This document shows positions 1 to 12,509 of a DNA stretch of 64,000 nt, piece by piece (the stretch's first letter is position 1; each line of letters begins with the position of its first letter). A program made the position numbers and the translations under genes. Below the pieces are notes generated by a model that was not told the origin of the DNA, did no database searches, and saw only the letters and a program-made list of their open reading frames with translations. The stretch spans positions 620,001 to 684,000 of the forward strand of contig JBLDXI010000074.1 in the NCBI GenBank assembly GCA_047495785.1. Reading direction: 5' to 3'. The stretch is from Lepidodermella squamata (lineage: Eukaryota; Animalia; Gastrotricha).

Positions 1-3000
1 GCTGGGTTGAGTTCAACAAATGCGGCATAGCCAGCGAAATTCCGACGCAGTATAGCAAAATATTGACGAGTCGCGTGTTCGCTAGAACTTCGGTGATAAA
101 CTCCGCGAACCCGGCAACAGGTGGTTGGGGCAGGCGGAGTAACCGGGTGATATTACTCACGATAGCTGCTAGAAGATGAGCAGCCGCGATTTGCACCTCA
201 GTATTAGCTAAATGGTCAACATCTGCCGTGCCCTCCTTCACAGGATGAACTGATCGTAAATAGTGGAGTAGGGTATGCAACGCCAGTTCTAAATACGACA
301 AATTCCGGTAGGCTGACGATAGCTGCTCGGTGGTATCTGAGTAGAAATTGCGGCCTAGTAGCGAACACCTGTGTTTCGCGAGTAGCATCCGCAGCTGCCG
401 GGACTGCGTCGAACAATTCCCGCCATCGCCGTACGAAGCAGCGGTTGATGCCGCGTCCTCCCCGGCTGATAGCTGCGTAGTAGCCATGGCTATGCACAAC
501 GACTGCGGGCTGGACATGATCAAATTCGACATCAGCTTAATCGCGTGATGCACCCTAGTTGTGTCAAACGTCTCGTAGTACACGAGCAAATGACTCGCCA
601 GCGGGTGGACAGCCATTTGCGATAGACTCGGCACTTCAGCCGCGAATAAATTCGCGCAATATAGCTCTAACGCTCCGCCATTTGTCGGCGAGATCTGCGC
701 ACGGCTTTCGTCAGGTTCCGGCTCAGGGTCTTCGCCGGTCACGACGAGGAAAACCTGGCGGAATAACGAATCGACGAAGCCCTCCGCGAACTCCTCCGCG
801 GCTGCGTTTGACGTGGCTGAACCGCTTCGTTCCACGATTTGCCCGTCAACTAACCGCTTGGCTTTACGAAACGTTTCAGATATCGATTTCTCATCGCTCA
901 CCAACACATCATCCTCCGTGAAATCATCTCCCATCGCCTCTTCGAAGGGGTTAGTCACTAGACTGAACATTGAATGTTGCCCGGATTCACTCAGTGACAT
1001 CTCCTTTTTCACGCCAGGCTTTGTCGAGACGACATTTTTGCCGTCTTTCAACTGAATCACAGCGGTTTGAGATGAAGAGTTTGATTTGAATGAGTTCGAC
1101 AGCGGCAGTTGAGTCGGGGCGGTCATGAATCGGACCTGGCCGTTTTCACTCGCCACCGCCACGATTCGCTTCTCGTAATCGTCCTCAGTCGACGTGGCGT
1201 CCGATGCAGACTCGCGTTGCGAATTGTTATTCGAATTCTCATTATTCGTCACAACAACCAATTTTTCGATATAAATCCTAGCCGTGTCTGGGTGGAGGAG
1301 GAGCAGGAACAGCGGGTCGAGAACGGAGTGAAGGTCGTTATCGCGAATGACTTGCTCCACCCAGCCGATGACGATCGGGTAGACTTGGTCGTTATTGCGG
1401 CTCAGAGATTCGAGGAAAACGAGCAGGCATCGGTTGAAAGTCCGCAGGCGACGAATCCGCCGCCGGTCTATACCGCGGCTGATATGCCAAAATCGGGCGA
1501 ATCGCTTGAAAGCTTCATGCCTCACATTCTGAAATTGGAAATTCGAATGTATTTCAATTTGAAAATTGACAAAAACATATCAGGGTCCTTTAGTTCTAAA
1601 ATGTGAGTACAGCAATGAAAAATCACACTGCTAAGGAAAAGGTTCGCTAACGATTCAATTCCCAATTGGAGATTAAACGCCCTGACAGCAGGAATTTCTA
1701 GCCCACAGATAAATCAAATTTTTCTATGAAAATCGATAACAAAATTTGCTTTAGCTGCCGCCTTCATTTAATGGCCAAAGTAGCCTTACACTCATGTTGA
1801 TTCTATTGCAAAATGTATTGCAAGCTGGCGTTATGTTCATAACATCTGCTTCTAATGGGCTGGAGATTGATAAAGTAGGCTAACATTTATAACGTGCTTT
1901 CATAAGGATAAGCTACTCTTGAGCCATTTCGAATCATTTTACTAAAATTACTCAAGTTCATAAAAAAATATTGCAAAAAATGTAATAAAATTTGAAAAGT
2001 TCAGTTCATGAAATGTTACTTGGCAGTCCTCTAGTACAGGCTGCATTCAATCGCTAGAACGCAGCGTTTTCATCATTTTTAATTCGAATAATGTTATCGA
2101 TTATTTAAAAAAAATTGAGAAAATTCTTACCGGTTCTTGGCTGACCAGTTGCCGGCAAATCACGTCTTCGCAAAGGGTTGGCCGAGGCGAAATTTGATGT
2201 AGGACAAACAGCAGTTCAGCCGCTTGTTCGTGGCAGCCGGGCCGTTTGCTCGCAATGCCAGACCAAAGAATCAAGGTCAGCGCCTCGTAAAGACACGTTT
2301 CCTTTTCCAAAAACGCCAAATACTGATTCAGAAATGGTTTGATCACATTCAACGAATGACAAGCACCAAGCGGGAATGTTTCGTTATCGGAATCGAATGA
2401 TTTTGATTCAGAAATTCGTGGTGATTGATTATCGCCCGATTGTTGATAGGCCAATGCTAGTAGATCGACTAAACCATTTATTGCCACGAGTTGTATGCTG
2501 TAGGAATGGCGACTAGCAATAGCTGCGAGATTAGCGTAGAGAAACGGCGAAAATTGCAACGAATCGCCCCACTCCTCGGAATTTTTCACCTCCAATGTCC
2601 GACCGAGTTCAGCTGAAAGCGCGGAAGGCAGAGGAATCGAATGTAATTCCAACAATAAATTGAACGCGCTGACCAGAAGAACGATAAAAGGCGATGTGTC
2701 TTCATTATCAGCAAATTTGTGGATGCTAGTCTCTTTACTTAGCCGTAACACCGCAACTGGGGTGATGATAAAATCTTCAACCGCCTTCTTACAAGTTTGA
2801 ATCGATCCAGCGAAAACGCGGCTGATAATCAAATTGGTCAACAAGCCTTGAAGGTAACTTATCGATTCAGCGACCAACTTCCCGATGGCGGCTTGTTCTG
2901 ATTCGTCATCGACCACTGTTAAGCTGGATTTCTGCATTATCGCGATGATTTCAGTGCATAATCGGCAGCAAGTGCCCAAATGCTCGTAGGAAATCAGTGA

Positions 3001-4660
3001 ATACGACTGCTTCATCTGCTGAAGAACGCCGTGGAGTAAAATCGGAAATTGCCGGCGTTGAGATGCTGAAAACGACTGGGCGGAAATGCCATTCAGAAGA
3101 TACATAACAATGCGGCACCACTCATCGACAGATTTTATCCTGCTAACTGATGCGCTGAAATGGCTAGCCGGGGCGTTTTTCTTGTCACAGAGTAGCGCGA
3201 AACCTGCAGTCATCGCCTGCCAAATGTATTGAGAGCCGAAATTCGAAAATAACAAATCGCAATGCTTGAATCCAGCCGTTGCATCCGCGACAGATCGGCA
3301 GTACATAAAATGAATATAGGCTAAAATAACTCGGTCAGATAACTCTTCGCCAATCGGCCGTTTCTCAACAAAGGTGACTAAAATTCTGAAAAGTTGCGGG
3401 AAGGTCATAGAAGACGACTCGGAAGACATGTTAGAGTCAAGCAGGTTGAACACAGCGTTCATAAGTAGATCTTTCACTTCGTCAGAACACGTGTATTCGA
3501 CATCAGCGTTAGCAGCCATGTCGATAAGATTATGCGATGACCCTTTCAGTTTTGAATTCGAGGAGCTACTTTGAGCAGATGAGCTCGGTGTCATGAGCAT
3601 CCAAGCGAAAACACGGCGGCTCAAACTCATGTCTCGCTTAGATAGAGTCACTAGGGCCGCTGAAAGTAGTTTGAGCTTGTCGTCAGGTAACAACACAGCA
3701 GTTGCTGCGCTCTCACGATGCAGGGGCAAAGCCTGGCAGATAAAATCCAAAGCGTTGCGCTGAACCAACATATTTTCATCCGTCAGACAGCAGCATACAC
3801 CAGAAACCTACGATCAGTGAATTAAGCATGATATACCTTTCAATAATTCAGGAACTCATACCATGAAGCTGACATGCTTAACAGGAACGATACTTTCAAC
3901 TGGCACGATATTTTTCGGAATGACATGGATGTTTAGATATAGCAACGCATTAAGGCGCAGTTGCGATGACAAGCAAATGCTTTCCCAGAAGTTGACATAG
4001 AAACATTCTGGCGATACCGAAGCGCATATGTCATCCAATAAAACTGACGTGCTAAAAATTGATAAATCGTGAGCACAATATATCAATAACATAGAACGCT
4101 TACCGATCGAAAGATTCTGTACCCTCTTCAACGCCAGGAAGAAGCGCTAGGATGAACCCGGAGAGTGATTGGGCCAATTTGGGCCCCAAAGGTAAAAAAT
4201 GGGTTTCATATAATGATAAAAGCAGCGATTTGACGCTCATTGTTGCAAATCCCAATAAAGGATAGAGCCTGAAAAAGATAATACGGAACATAGATACACG
4301 TGAGATATATAAATCGAAACAAACTTACCCCAAAGAATAAATAAACAAGTCATTAGCCAATTTATCAGACCCAATAATTTCGAAGATCATCTTATAGGTC
4401 TCCAAGGCTTTCGCATGTACACCGGATGGAAGCGCCGGATGCAGACATTGTGCAAGTCTCTTCGCAACAAGTGCTTTTTTCGGCACGAATGCGAACTTTC
4501 CATAACTTTGGAAGACTTTGTTCAACTTTCCAAGCGCAGCTATAAGATCAGCCCATTCTGTTGAGCTTTCAAATGATTTCAAAGCTTTTTCCAATTGTAA
4601 CGCGTATGCCTTATGCTTCGGGTCAGTTATCGAAACATCCGGATCATCAGATGTGATCAT
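1..4660 (-). CDS. DOP1: Protein Dopey (DOP1), 5' part; multi-exon, continues beyond the left edge
   Basis: Dopey_N signature (LEKALKSFESSTEWADLI...KRLAQCLHPALPSGVHAKALETY), VQRNALDF, and an unlisted exon at 1528..1 encoding RFARFWHISR, VLDPLFLLLLHPDTAR and HPLASHLLVY. GT-AG boundaries preserve frame (e.g. intron 1529-2130). Confidence 0.93.
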
Positions 4661-4755
4661 TTCAAGAGATCTAGTAAAACAAACAGAATCACATATATCA
4701 ACTCAACCCATTCAAATTGTTGCAGTCCGGAGGCAAAAAGACATTAATTTCGATG

Positions 4756-4801
4756 TTAGATGTGTTAATTGAAAAATATTAGATGTGTTAATTGAAAAAT
4801 A
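4756..4801. repeat. Perfect 23-bp tandem duplication (TTAGATGTGTTAATTGAAAAATA x2)
   Basis: Read directly upstream of the DOP1 start. Confidence 0.9.
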
Positions 4802-5453
4802 TAACAACGCGACAATTCAAAAACAGCGCGCAATATAAGACTAACGACGGATGTACAATTAGCAGATCTCAGACTGATTCATTGGTTATGCCTATTTTGC
4901 CTCTCCGTCTCCCGCTCTCCGAATTGGCAGAAGGCAGCAGATGAAATCCGCGGGTTTGCGTTGGCAGTTTGTGTTCAAACTGAAACATCGAAACATCGGT
5001 GAAAAACGCAGTTTTTATTTTATGTGATATCCGCTTTTAATATAGTATTTGCTATTCTTTTCAACATTTCTTTCTGAATATTGCTCAAGTATTTGTCGCA
5101 TGTGACTCCTAAAAAATTGCTCGGTTTTCCACGCAATGTTGGGCATTCTGCATCTCCCATTAAATTAGTGGTGACTTTTAACGGTTAATTTGAAATAAGC
5201 CCTGATAATGGCTAGATCAAAGCGATCGACATGGTTTGAGAACATAATTATTGGGAGCGTTTATTCGGGTGTTCGCAAAGGGAAATCGATTTTCAGACAT
5301 CTGCAGCCTGCAGCATATTGGACCAGCGCGTAGGCCGTTAAATTCTCAATGAAACGAGGTTATCTTAGGTCTAAAACCTAGCGGGCTAGCAGCTCGGATT
5401 GGGAAAGCGATACAAAAAACAAAGGACGAATTCGGTGACCTAAAAACATCCGA

Positions 5454-8400
5454 ATATCGATGGTTTTACGCTATAACAGACCGATCGCATACACGCTCAA
5501 AAAACTCTGCAGCTTACATAAAAGTATGCAGGGCTACTAGCGCGTATTCGGAGTACTGCGCACTATAAAAAGTACTACGCGCGCGCATAATACTATGAAA
5601 TATACTTGGCCCGCAATTTTGTGGTAAAAAATGAATGCACTGGACAATTGACCGACAAATATACTGAGCTTTTTGTGGATGTTTCCATGAAATTTTCGGA
5701 TTACCTGGTGGAGAACAGTCGAGCGTATCCAGAAATTGATAAAAATGCATGTGTAACCGTGGGTTTTCTGCCGTTAGGCGACCTGATAGCGACCTGAAAG
5801 CGCAAAAACCTTGAAAAAATGCACCCACTGGCGTTTTTGGCGGCGCTTCTTCAAGGAGCATGATGGGTTCAACCACAAGTTTGTCACATTCCCTAGTAGA
5901 GCACATAAAAGGCTTTGTGGGGAACCAAGAAATAGCTAGTTAATATGGTGGTTATCCACGGCTTTTCAGTCGCTTCCCTCCCGGCTTGCAAATCAGTGAG
6001 AAAATGAAAATTTGGTGTTTTCAGTCGCTCTTATCTCGAAAAAACCCATGGTTGCACCATAGCTTTTTGTTGTCAAATTGGAGACGGCGCTGGGAGGAAG
6101 GTTTTGACAGGAAAAGCAGCAAGGATCCCCACAGCCTATCCACGACTTTTTCGTCGTGATTAGCACTCACTTCGTCCGACCCAACACCTCGAAAAGGCAT
6201 GACCTTGCGTCTTTTGGAGCACTGCTGCAGAAACGGAATGGGTTCAACCATAGTTTTGTCAAATTCCCTAGTAGAGCACAACAAGATCTAACTTGGGAAG
6301 AAAGAAGTCCCAGTAAATGTAGTGTTTATCCACTGCTTTTCAGTCTTTTCCCTCCACTTCCGAATCAAGTCCGAATCGAAGGAAAAGTGAGCATTTAGGA
6401 TCTTTCATCGCACTCATCTCGAAAAAAACCATGGCAGCACCGTAATTTTTCGTAGTCAAATGGGGGAGGCAATTGAGAAGAAGGTTTTAAAAGGGAAAAA
6501 AGCAAAAACCACCACAACTTATCCACGACTTTTTCGTAATGCTTAGCAATGACATTTCAAGCACAAAATCGAGATTCGGAGCCGTTCTATTCTGAAACCG
6601 CACAACGCGGAGACTTTATTCCAAGTCTCACAAGTTGATAAAAGTGCCTTCTTCTATAAGGATAACTAATATGCCGGTGATACCATGAATTGGGGTATGC
6701 ATTCCGGCCTGAACCGTTGCCCTGACCGCGGCAACAAGACGCTCGAGATGCGGACCCATACCATTTAAATCCCTGGTATCTGTGGACTGACGTAGTACAC
6801 AGATAGGTTTCCGATTATCCTTCTTGACTCTCATGCTCGCTTGCATCAACTTAAAGAAAATACGGTGGTAAAACCAGTAGATTTTGCTAATTACTCCTGC
6901 GGAATGCTCTTTGTGAGATGTAAGTAAGTTGGTTTCCCTTTGATTTAGTAGGAGTGGTAAAGGTACCATTTTGGCACTATGGTAGTCTTCACTTTGTATC
7001 AAGAACGCGGACAAGATTTACTAAAATGCCCACAATGGCAGTTTGATTCATTGTTGCGGCCGCGGTTGGCCCTTGGTCTTGGCCTTGATCTTGCAACAGC
7101 ATGAGTGCCTACAACATGCGCCACCGCACCACCGACAACTGGCCTCTTTGTCGAGTTGCGCTGCTGGACTGCCTAGGGATCGGGATAACTTTTCCCGTTG
7201 GCGCTAAAACGTGATAGAGTGCCATCTAATATGGCTAAAATCCTTGCTTTTGAGTCATTTCACTCAACGGTGTACTTTCCAAACCGCGGAAAAACCTTGA
7301 TCCGTCATTTTTCAACTGCGTCAATCGCGTTCTATTGTTGGCGCCGCCCACCGTCAAATTTTTAGCTTCATGTTCAAAGAGCAAAGTAGCTTGCGTGTGC
7401 CTTTAGAATGGGAAGCATAATCTGGGGGCAGCTGGTTGTATGTAAGTTGGGTAGGTTGCTTTTGGTTAGGACTTAGGACCAGAGGGGAGACTCCCGTAGC
7501 CCGATACCTCCACATCCATCTCCTTGTAGTTCGATGTTGTGAACATGTAAAGCACTGGGGCCCCGCCAAGGCAGGAGATGACGGTCACTCGTCACTTTTA
7601 AACCAAGACCAAGTCTCCCAATTTGCTGGTAGCTAGCTAGCTAACGCGTGGAGGCTTTCCTAGACGATCGTTTTTCACTCGCCGAGAGTCCACTTTCAAC
7701 GACAGCAGGGCGTACGCGACCCGACCCAACATTTGCCGTGAATTACGTTGCCCGCTACCGCCACGGGGAGACTGCCGTTGTCGCTTGAACAGTAGTAAGG
7801 TCTACCATCAAAAGACTCATTTGGGTAATTTAGTTAAGCTCGGTGGATGGAAGGTTTTAGAGAACTAAATCGTTCAGCCAAACCATGGCTGCAACTCGAA
7901 AGCGAGAAAAGTTGCCAGTGGTTATTAGTACGGCCGAGCATGCCCGCTGCAGGATCCAGCCCAAGGGCCAACCGAGGCCGCTACAATGAATCAGAGGGCC
8001 ATTGTAGGCCACTACAGTGATACTTTTCCGACTAACGGTTTTACCACCAAAATGTCTTGGATACGATGCAAGTTAAAACGGGTGTGGATAACTATGATGG
8101 GGAACGCATCTTTACCAAGCAGCTAAACGGAAACGAGCAACTGAAATCGGACTAAAATCGGATGACTCCTTACCTCAACCATCTTGTTACCGCAGTCTGG
8201 GACCGAATGGATAGCAAATCGTGGTAGCACCCGCATATTTGCTATTTTATAAGAAGTATGCGCTTCCTTCAACTTGTTACAAGTGAAAAAGGGCTCTGCT
8301 GTATAAGGTCTCGGAACAGCCCAATTTTGAAACTCGATTTTGAGCTTAAAATGTGATTGCCCATCAGGGCGAAAAAGTCGTGGATAAGTTGACGTGGTTC

Positions 8401-9409
8401 TTGCTGTTTTCTCTTTTAAAACCTTCTTCTCAATCTCCTCTCCTTTTGTTTGAATACAAAAACTTATGGTGCAGCCATGGGTTTTTTCAAGATAAGTGCC
8501 ATGAAAGATGAAAATGCTCACTTTCTCTTCGATTCGAACTTGAATCGGATATGGAGGGAAAAGGCTTTTAAACTGTGGATAAAAACCGCATTTACTGGAA
8601 ATTTCTTACTTCCTTAGTAAGATCTTGTTGTGCTCTACTAGAGAACGCGAAATAACTGTGGTTGAAACCAATCTGTTTCTTGCAGCAATGCCCCAAAAGA
8701 CGCCATGTCATGCAGTTTCGAGGTGTTGGGTCTGACGTAGTGAGTGCTAATCGGGACAAAAAAGTCTTGGACAAGTTGGGGTGGTTCTTGCTGCTTTCCC
8801 TGTCAAAACCTTCCTCCCAGTGCCTTCTCCTATTTGACTACAAAAAGCTACGGTGCAACCATGGGTTTTTTCGAGATAAGACAGGTTATAACACACCATT
8901 TTCACTTTTTCCTCGTTTTGCAAGCCGGGAAGGAAAAGACTTCAAAGCCGTGGATGACAACCATATTAACTGGCTATTTCTTACTTCGCTGATAGGCTCT
9001 CCATGTGCTCTGCTAGGGAATGTGAAAAAACTGTGGTTGAACCCATTTTGTTCCTCGCAGAAACGCCGCTAAAGGCGCCAGTATTTGCATTTTTCCAAGG
9101 TTTTTGCGCTTTCGGATCGCTATCAGGTCGCCTAACGGCAGAAAACCCACGGTTACACATGCATTTTTATCAATTTCTGGATACGCTCGACTGTTCTCCA
9201 CCAGGTAATCCGAAAATTTCATGGAAACATCCACAAAAGCGCATTATATTTGTTGGTCATTTGTCCAGTGCATTCATTATTTTTCACACAGAATGCGGGC
9301 TATAAGTATATCTTATAATATTATGCGCGCGTAGTACTGTTTATAGTGCGCAGTACTCTGTGTAGAGGTTTTTTCTCGCTGGTCGCCTTTAGCGCAAAAT
9401 CATCGATAT
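5454..9409. mobile_element. Non-coding foldback-like element / giant diverged palindrome (arms ~5454-7165 and ~7885-9409, ~700-bp spacer)
   Basis: Arms align as reverse complements along their length (5551 GAGTACTGCGCACTATAAA vs ~9340-9358; ~7030-7075 vs ~7960-8005). Mirror ORFs 5514..5906(-) and 9003..9305(+) share peptide. ~375-bp sub-repeats in each arm. No transposase ORF recognised. Confidence 0.8.
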
Positions 9410-9823
9410 CGCCGTCCCATCCGACATCCGAATATCGATGGGTAGGCATTATCCCATTCATCTGATTGTTTGAAGATCAAAAGATCGATGAGACAGGAAA
9501 ACAGGAGCAGCTTTGACCCAGCTTTCACAGAAAATTTGCAATCAGCTTCAATAGCAGCTGAAATGTTTGGACAGGAACTGTTCGCGCTCTCCCAAGTTAA
9601 CGCGTAGTGCCGCACGAGTTGTGCGAGCGAAGCTAAACTGAAATAGGAGATTGAAAGACACTCGATAAATAACGCGGAGAAAAATCACTGCTTGCAAATC
9701 CGTATTTTATTGTGCTTAAACAAAAACAATGGTCAATTTATTGTCCGTGCAAAACAAAGAAAGCTGAATATTAAAAATTGAGTACAAATTATTTCACGAT
9801 TAGAAAGGCAGCGTATGGTCACT

Positions 9824-12282
9824 TCATAACTTTCGCACACGATCTTCCATGTGATAAACTTTCGTTTTCAAGCCTCTGATTTCACCGAGCATTTTCTTTG
9901 AATTGGTCGTCGTTTTTCGAATTGCACGAAGAAGCCGCACATCAGTGCCATCATCGCCGCCAGTTTTCGAGCCACCTAATGGCAGTGGGAACGAATCGGT
10001 TTCTTCTGAAAGACCTAAAGTGAGCTGATACAATTGCTGCTCCATCGACTTGAGCCGGCTTCGAAGTTGACGAACGTCATTGTTGAAGCCCTCAACTTCC
10101 AAGTTGCGCCGACGTTCCAAGTCGCGATACCGAGACTGCATCATTTCAACACGACGCAACAATTTGGCTTCGTGATCCTGAGAAACAAACTTGCAACTGT
10201 GAAATTTTGAAAATTACTGAAAAATACCTTGAAAAGTTGCTTTTCCATCTCGAGTTGCTCGCGAAGACGGCCGTTCTCATCTTCCAGGTTAACAACTTGC
10301 TCGCGGTAGACATCAGCCATATCTTGAGCTTGGCGCAATTCCGTTTGCAAATTCTAAAACGAAAGAAATTATTTTCACGTCGCCAATAAAATTCAGTTAG
10401 CCAACCTCAATTTCATGGCTGTGCTTTTTACGATTTTGACGCAGAATCGACTCGGCCAGGTCAATGCCAGCTGTCATGTCGACGAGTACGCTTTGCTGCC
10501 CAACATCGCGCATGCTATTGCCAACTGCCGCAGCATCTGCCGTGATTTTCGCCCGCTCCAACTCAGCAGCCAGCTGCTCCTTCTCGGCCATAAATCGCCG
10601 CTCGTCTTTACGCTGCTTGGACTGCAATTCAAGATACGCTTGCGTGCTGTCGTACAGCAGCTCCTGCGTCTTTTTCAACCTAGAATACAATCAGGAATAA
10701 ATTAAATATATAAGACATTTTTAGAAATTACGAACTTATCGGCCAATTGCTGATTTTTCTCCGCATCGCGGTCATGGCGCAGTTCGAGTTCTCGAATTCG
10801 CATTTCGCACTCTTCGGTCATACTGCTGAGACGTTCACGGTACAGCCTTTCCTGCTCTTCCAACTCAGCCTCGAGAGCTTCGATTTGCAGCTGGGCAATG
10901 TCCGAATCTGGGTCATTTGGTGGAATACCGGAGAGGATTGACGCGTTCGACCCTGTCAAAGCCTTTCCCCGCTCTGAAACACGAGAAAAAAATAATATCG
11001 AATAAATTTTCGCGCAATTCCATCCAAATTTCAGGCGAAAAATTGAGGTGATCACAGTGATTAGAATAATTCGAAAGACTATAAATATTGTCAGTAGGTA
11101 TAAAATGAAACTAACTTTTCGCAGCGGCAAGATTCGATCCCTTCGATTTTCCTGAAATCGAATGTTTCGGTTCTCCAGCTATTGCCGCATCGATCCTCCT
11201 CACTACCGGTTTATTCGGAGGTTCTTTGAGAAAATATGTCACCTCGCCATCAGCTGTTGCTGGTTCGCCCAGCGCCAGTAATTGTTGAATTTTCTTGCGA
11301 TCGGCCACCTCTTGAATTTTCAACTTATCATTTTCCGCCTGTAACCTCAGGGCAGCTTCTTTCTCGCGGTAAACTGCAACTTGCATGTCTGACAGCGCCT
11401 TTTGAAGGTCGAGAATTTTCTGTTCTTTACCAGCGATATCACATCGAAGAGTGTGCTGAAACAATGATTTGATAGTGAAATATAGCTTTTCACGAGGAGC
11501 AAACAAATCACCTGTTCTTCAAACACGTTTTTAAATTGACCCAGCTGTTTGATCATTTCGCTATGAATTTCATCGTATTCGTCGATTTTCTGGCGATAAT
11601 ACTCGAGCAATTCTCTTGAAGGTCTGAGTTGAGCTAAAAAAATATCAATTGGAACGAATTAGGTATTTCTGAAAATATTTTCCAAATGGAAAGAGGAAAA
11701 AAGATAAGTTTCAATCGTAAGATATTTTTGAAATATGACCCTCATTTTCAATTATTTCAATTTTTTGAGATTTGAGAAGCGGTCAGAGCCGAAATTTTTG
11801 AAATTTCAAAGAAATTTTAAAGCATTGGGTTCCAGCTTACAGTAAAAATTACACAATGAGGTTACAAGGTAGCTAGCACAAAAAATCACAGGATCATAGC
11901 ATCGATAAGGATCAAGAAATAAAATTCGCAAAAAACTTTCAAGAAACCAGGTGCTAGAATACCTAAATTTTAGCCAACAAATTCAATTTTTAATGACCGG
12001 ATCCAATTTAGGATGAAAATGCTTACACATAATATCTTTCAGCGACGGCAATCGATCAGACCGTTTCTCTGAATCATCCTCCAAATCAGCCTGCTGTTTA
12101 CTTTCGTAATTTCTCGACAACCGACCGCCACCGCGCGAACTTTGTGGCGAAATGTGGTCTTTCTCATCGAGGTCCCTCTCATTGAAATGAACGAAACTGA
12201 ATTCATCGACCTGCGCCTTACGATTCGACCGATTTAATCGCCGACCAGGTGATTTCCTAGCCGTACTGGTTCTTACATCCAT
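9824..12282 (-). CDS. CCDC77: Coiled-coil domain-containing protein 77, multi-exon
   Basis: LRPSRELLEYYRQKI, LQKALSDMQVAVYREKEAALRLQAENDKLKIQEVADRKKIQQLLAL, LERRRNLEVEGFNND; GT-AG introns. Confidence 0.88.
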
Positions 12283-12509
12283 TTTTTCTAAAAATCTAGA
12301 AAAACGAGGAAAAATTTGAATGGCGCAAACAACTGGAGATTTTTTTATCACTGTTGTTGAACAACTCAGCTGTAAAAATTGAAATAACACAAGCTAGGTT
12401 GGCTGTTTTAAGGCTAAGAGCAAGTGTGTAGGCATTAATTGTAACGTAAAAAGCGACTGCTACAACGGCAAGCTAAAAACATGCAGAAAGTCCGGCGCAA
12501 TAATGAAAT

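Noticed and set aside
216-1606. Listed ORFs at 216-1606
   Set aside because: Shadow frames of the long DOP1 exon 1528..1 on the minus strand
5514-9305. Paired ORFs within the palindrome as duplicated protein genes
   Set aside because: They arise from the inverted repeat, are open in several frames, break outside the identical island and show no protein motif
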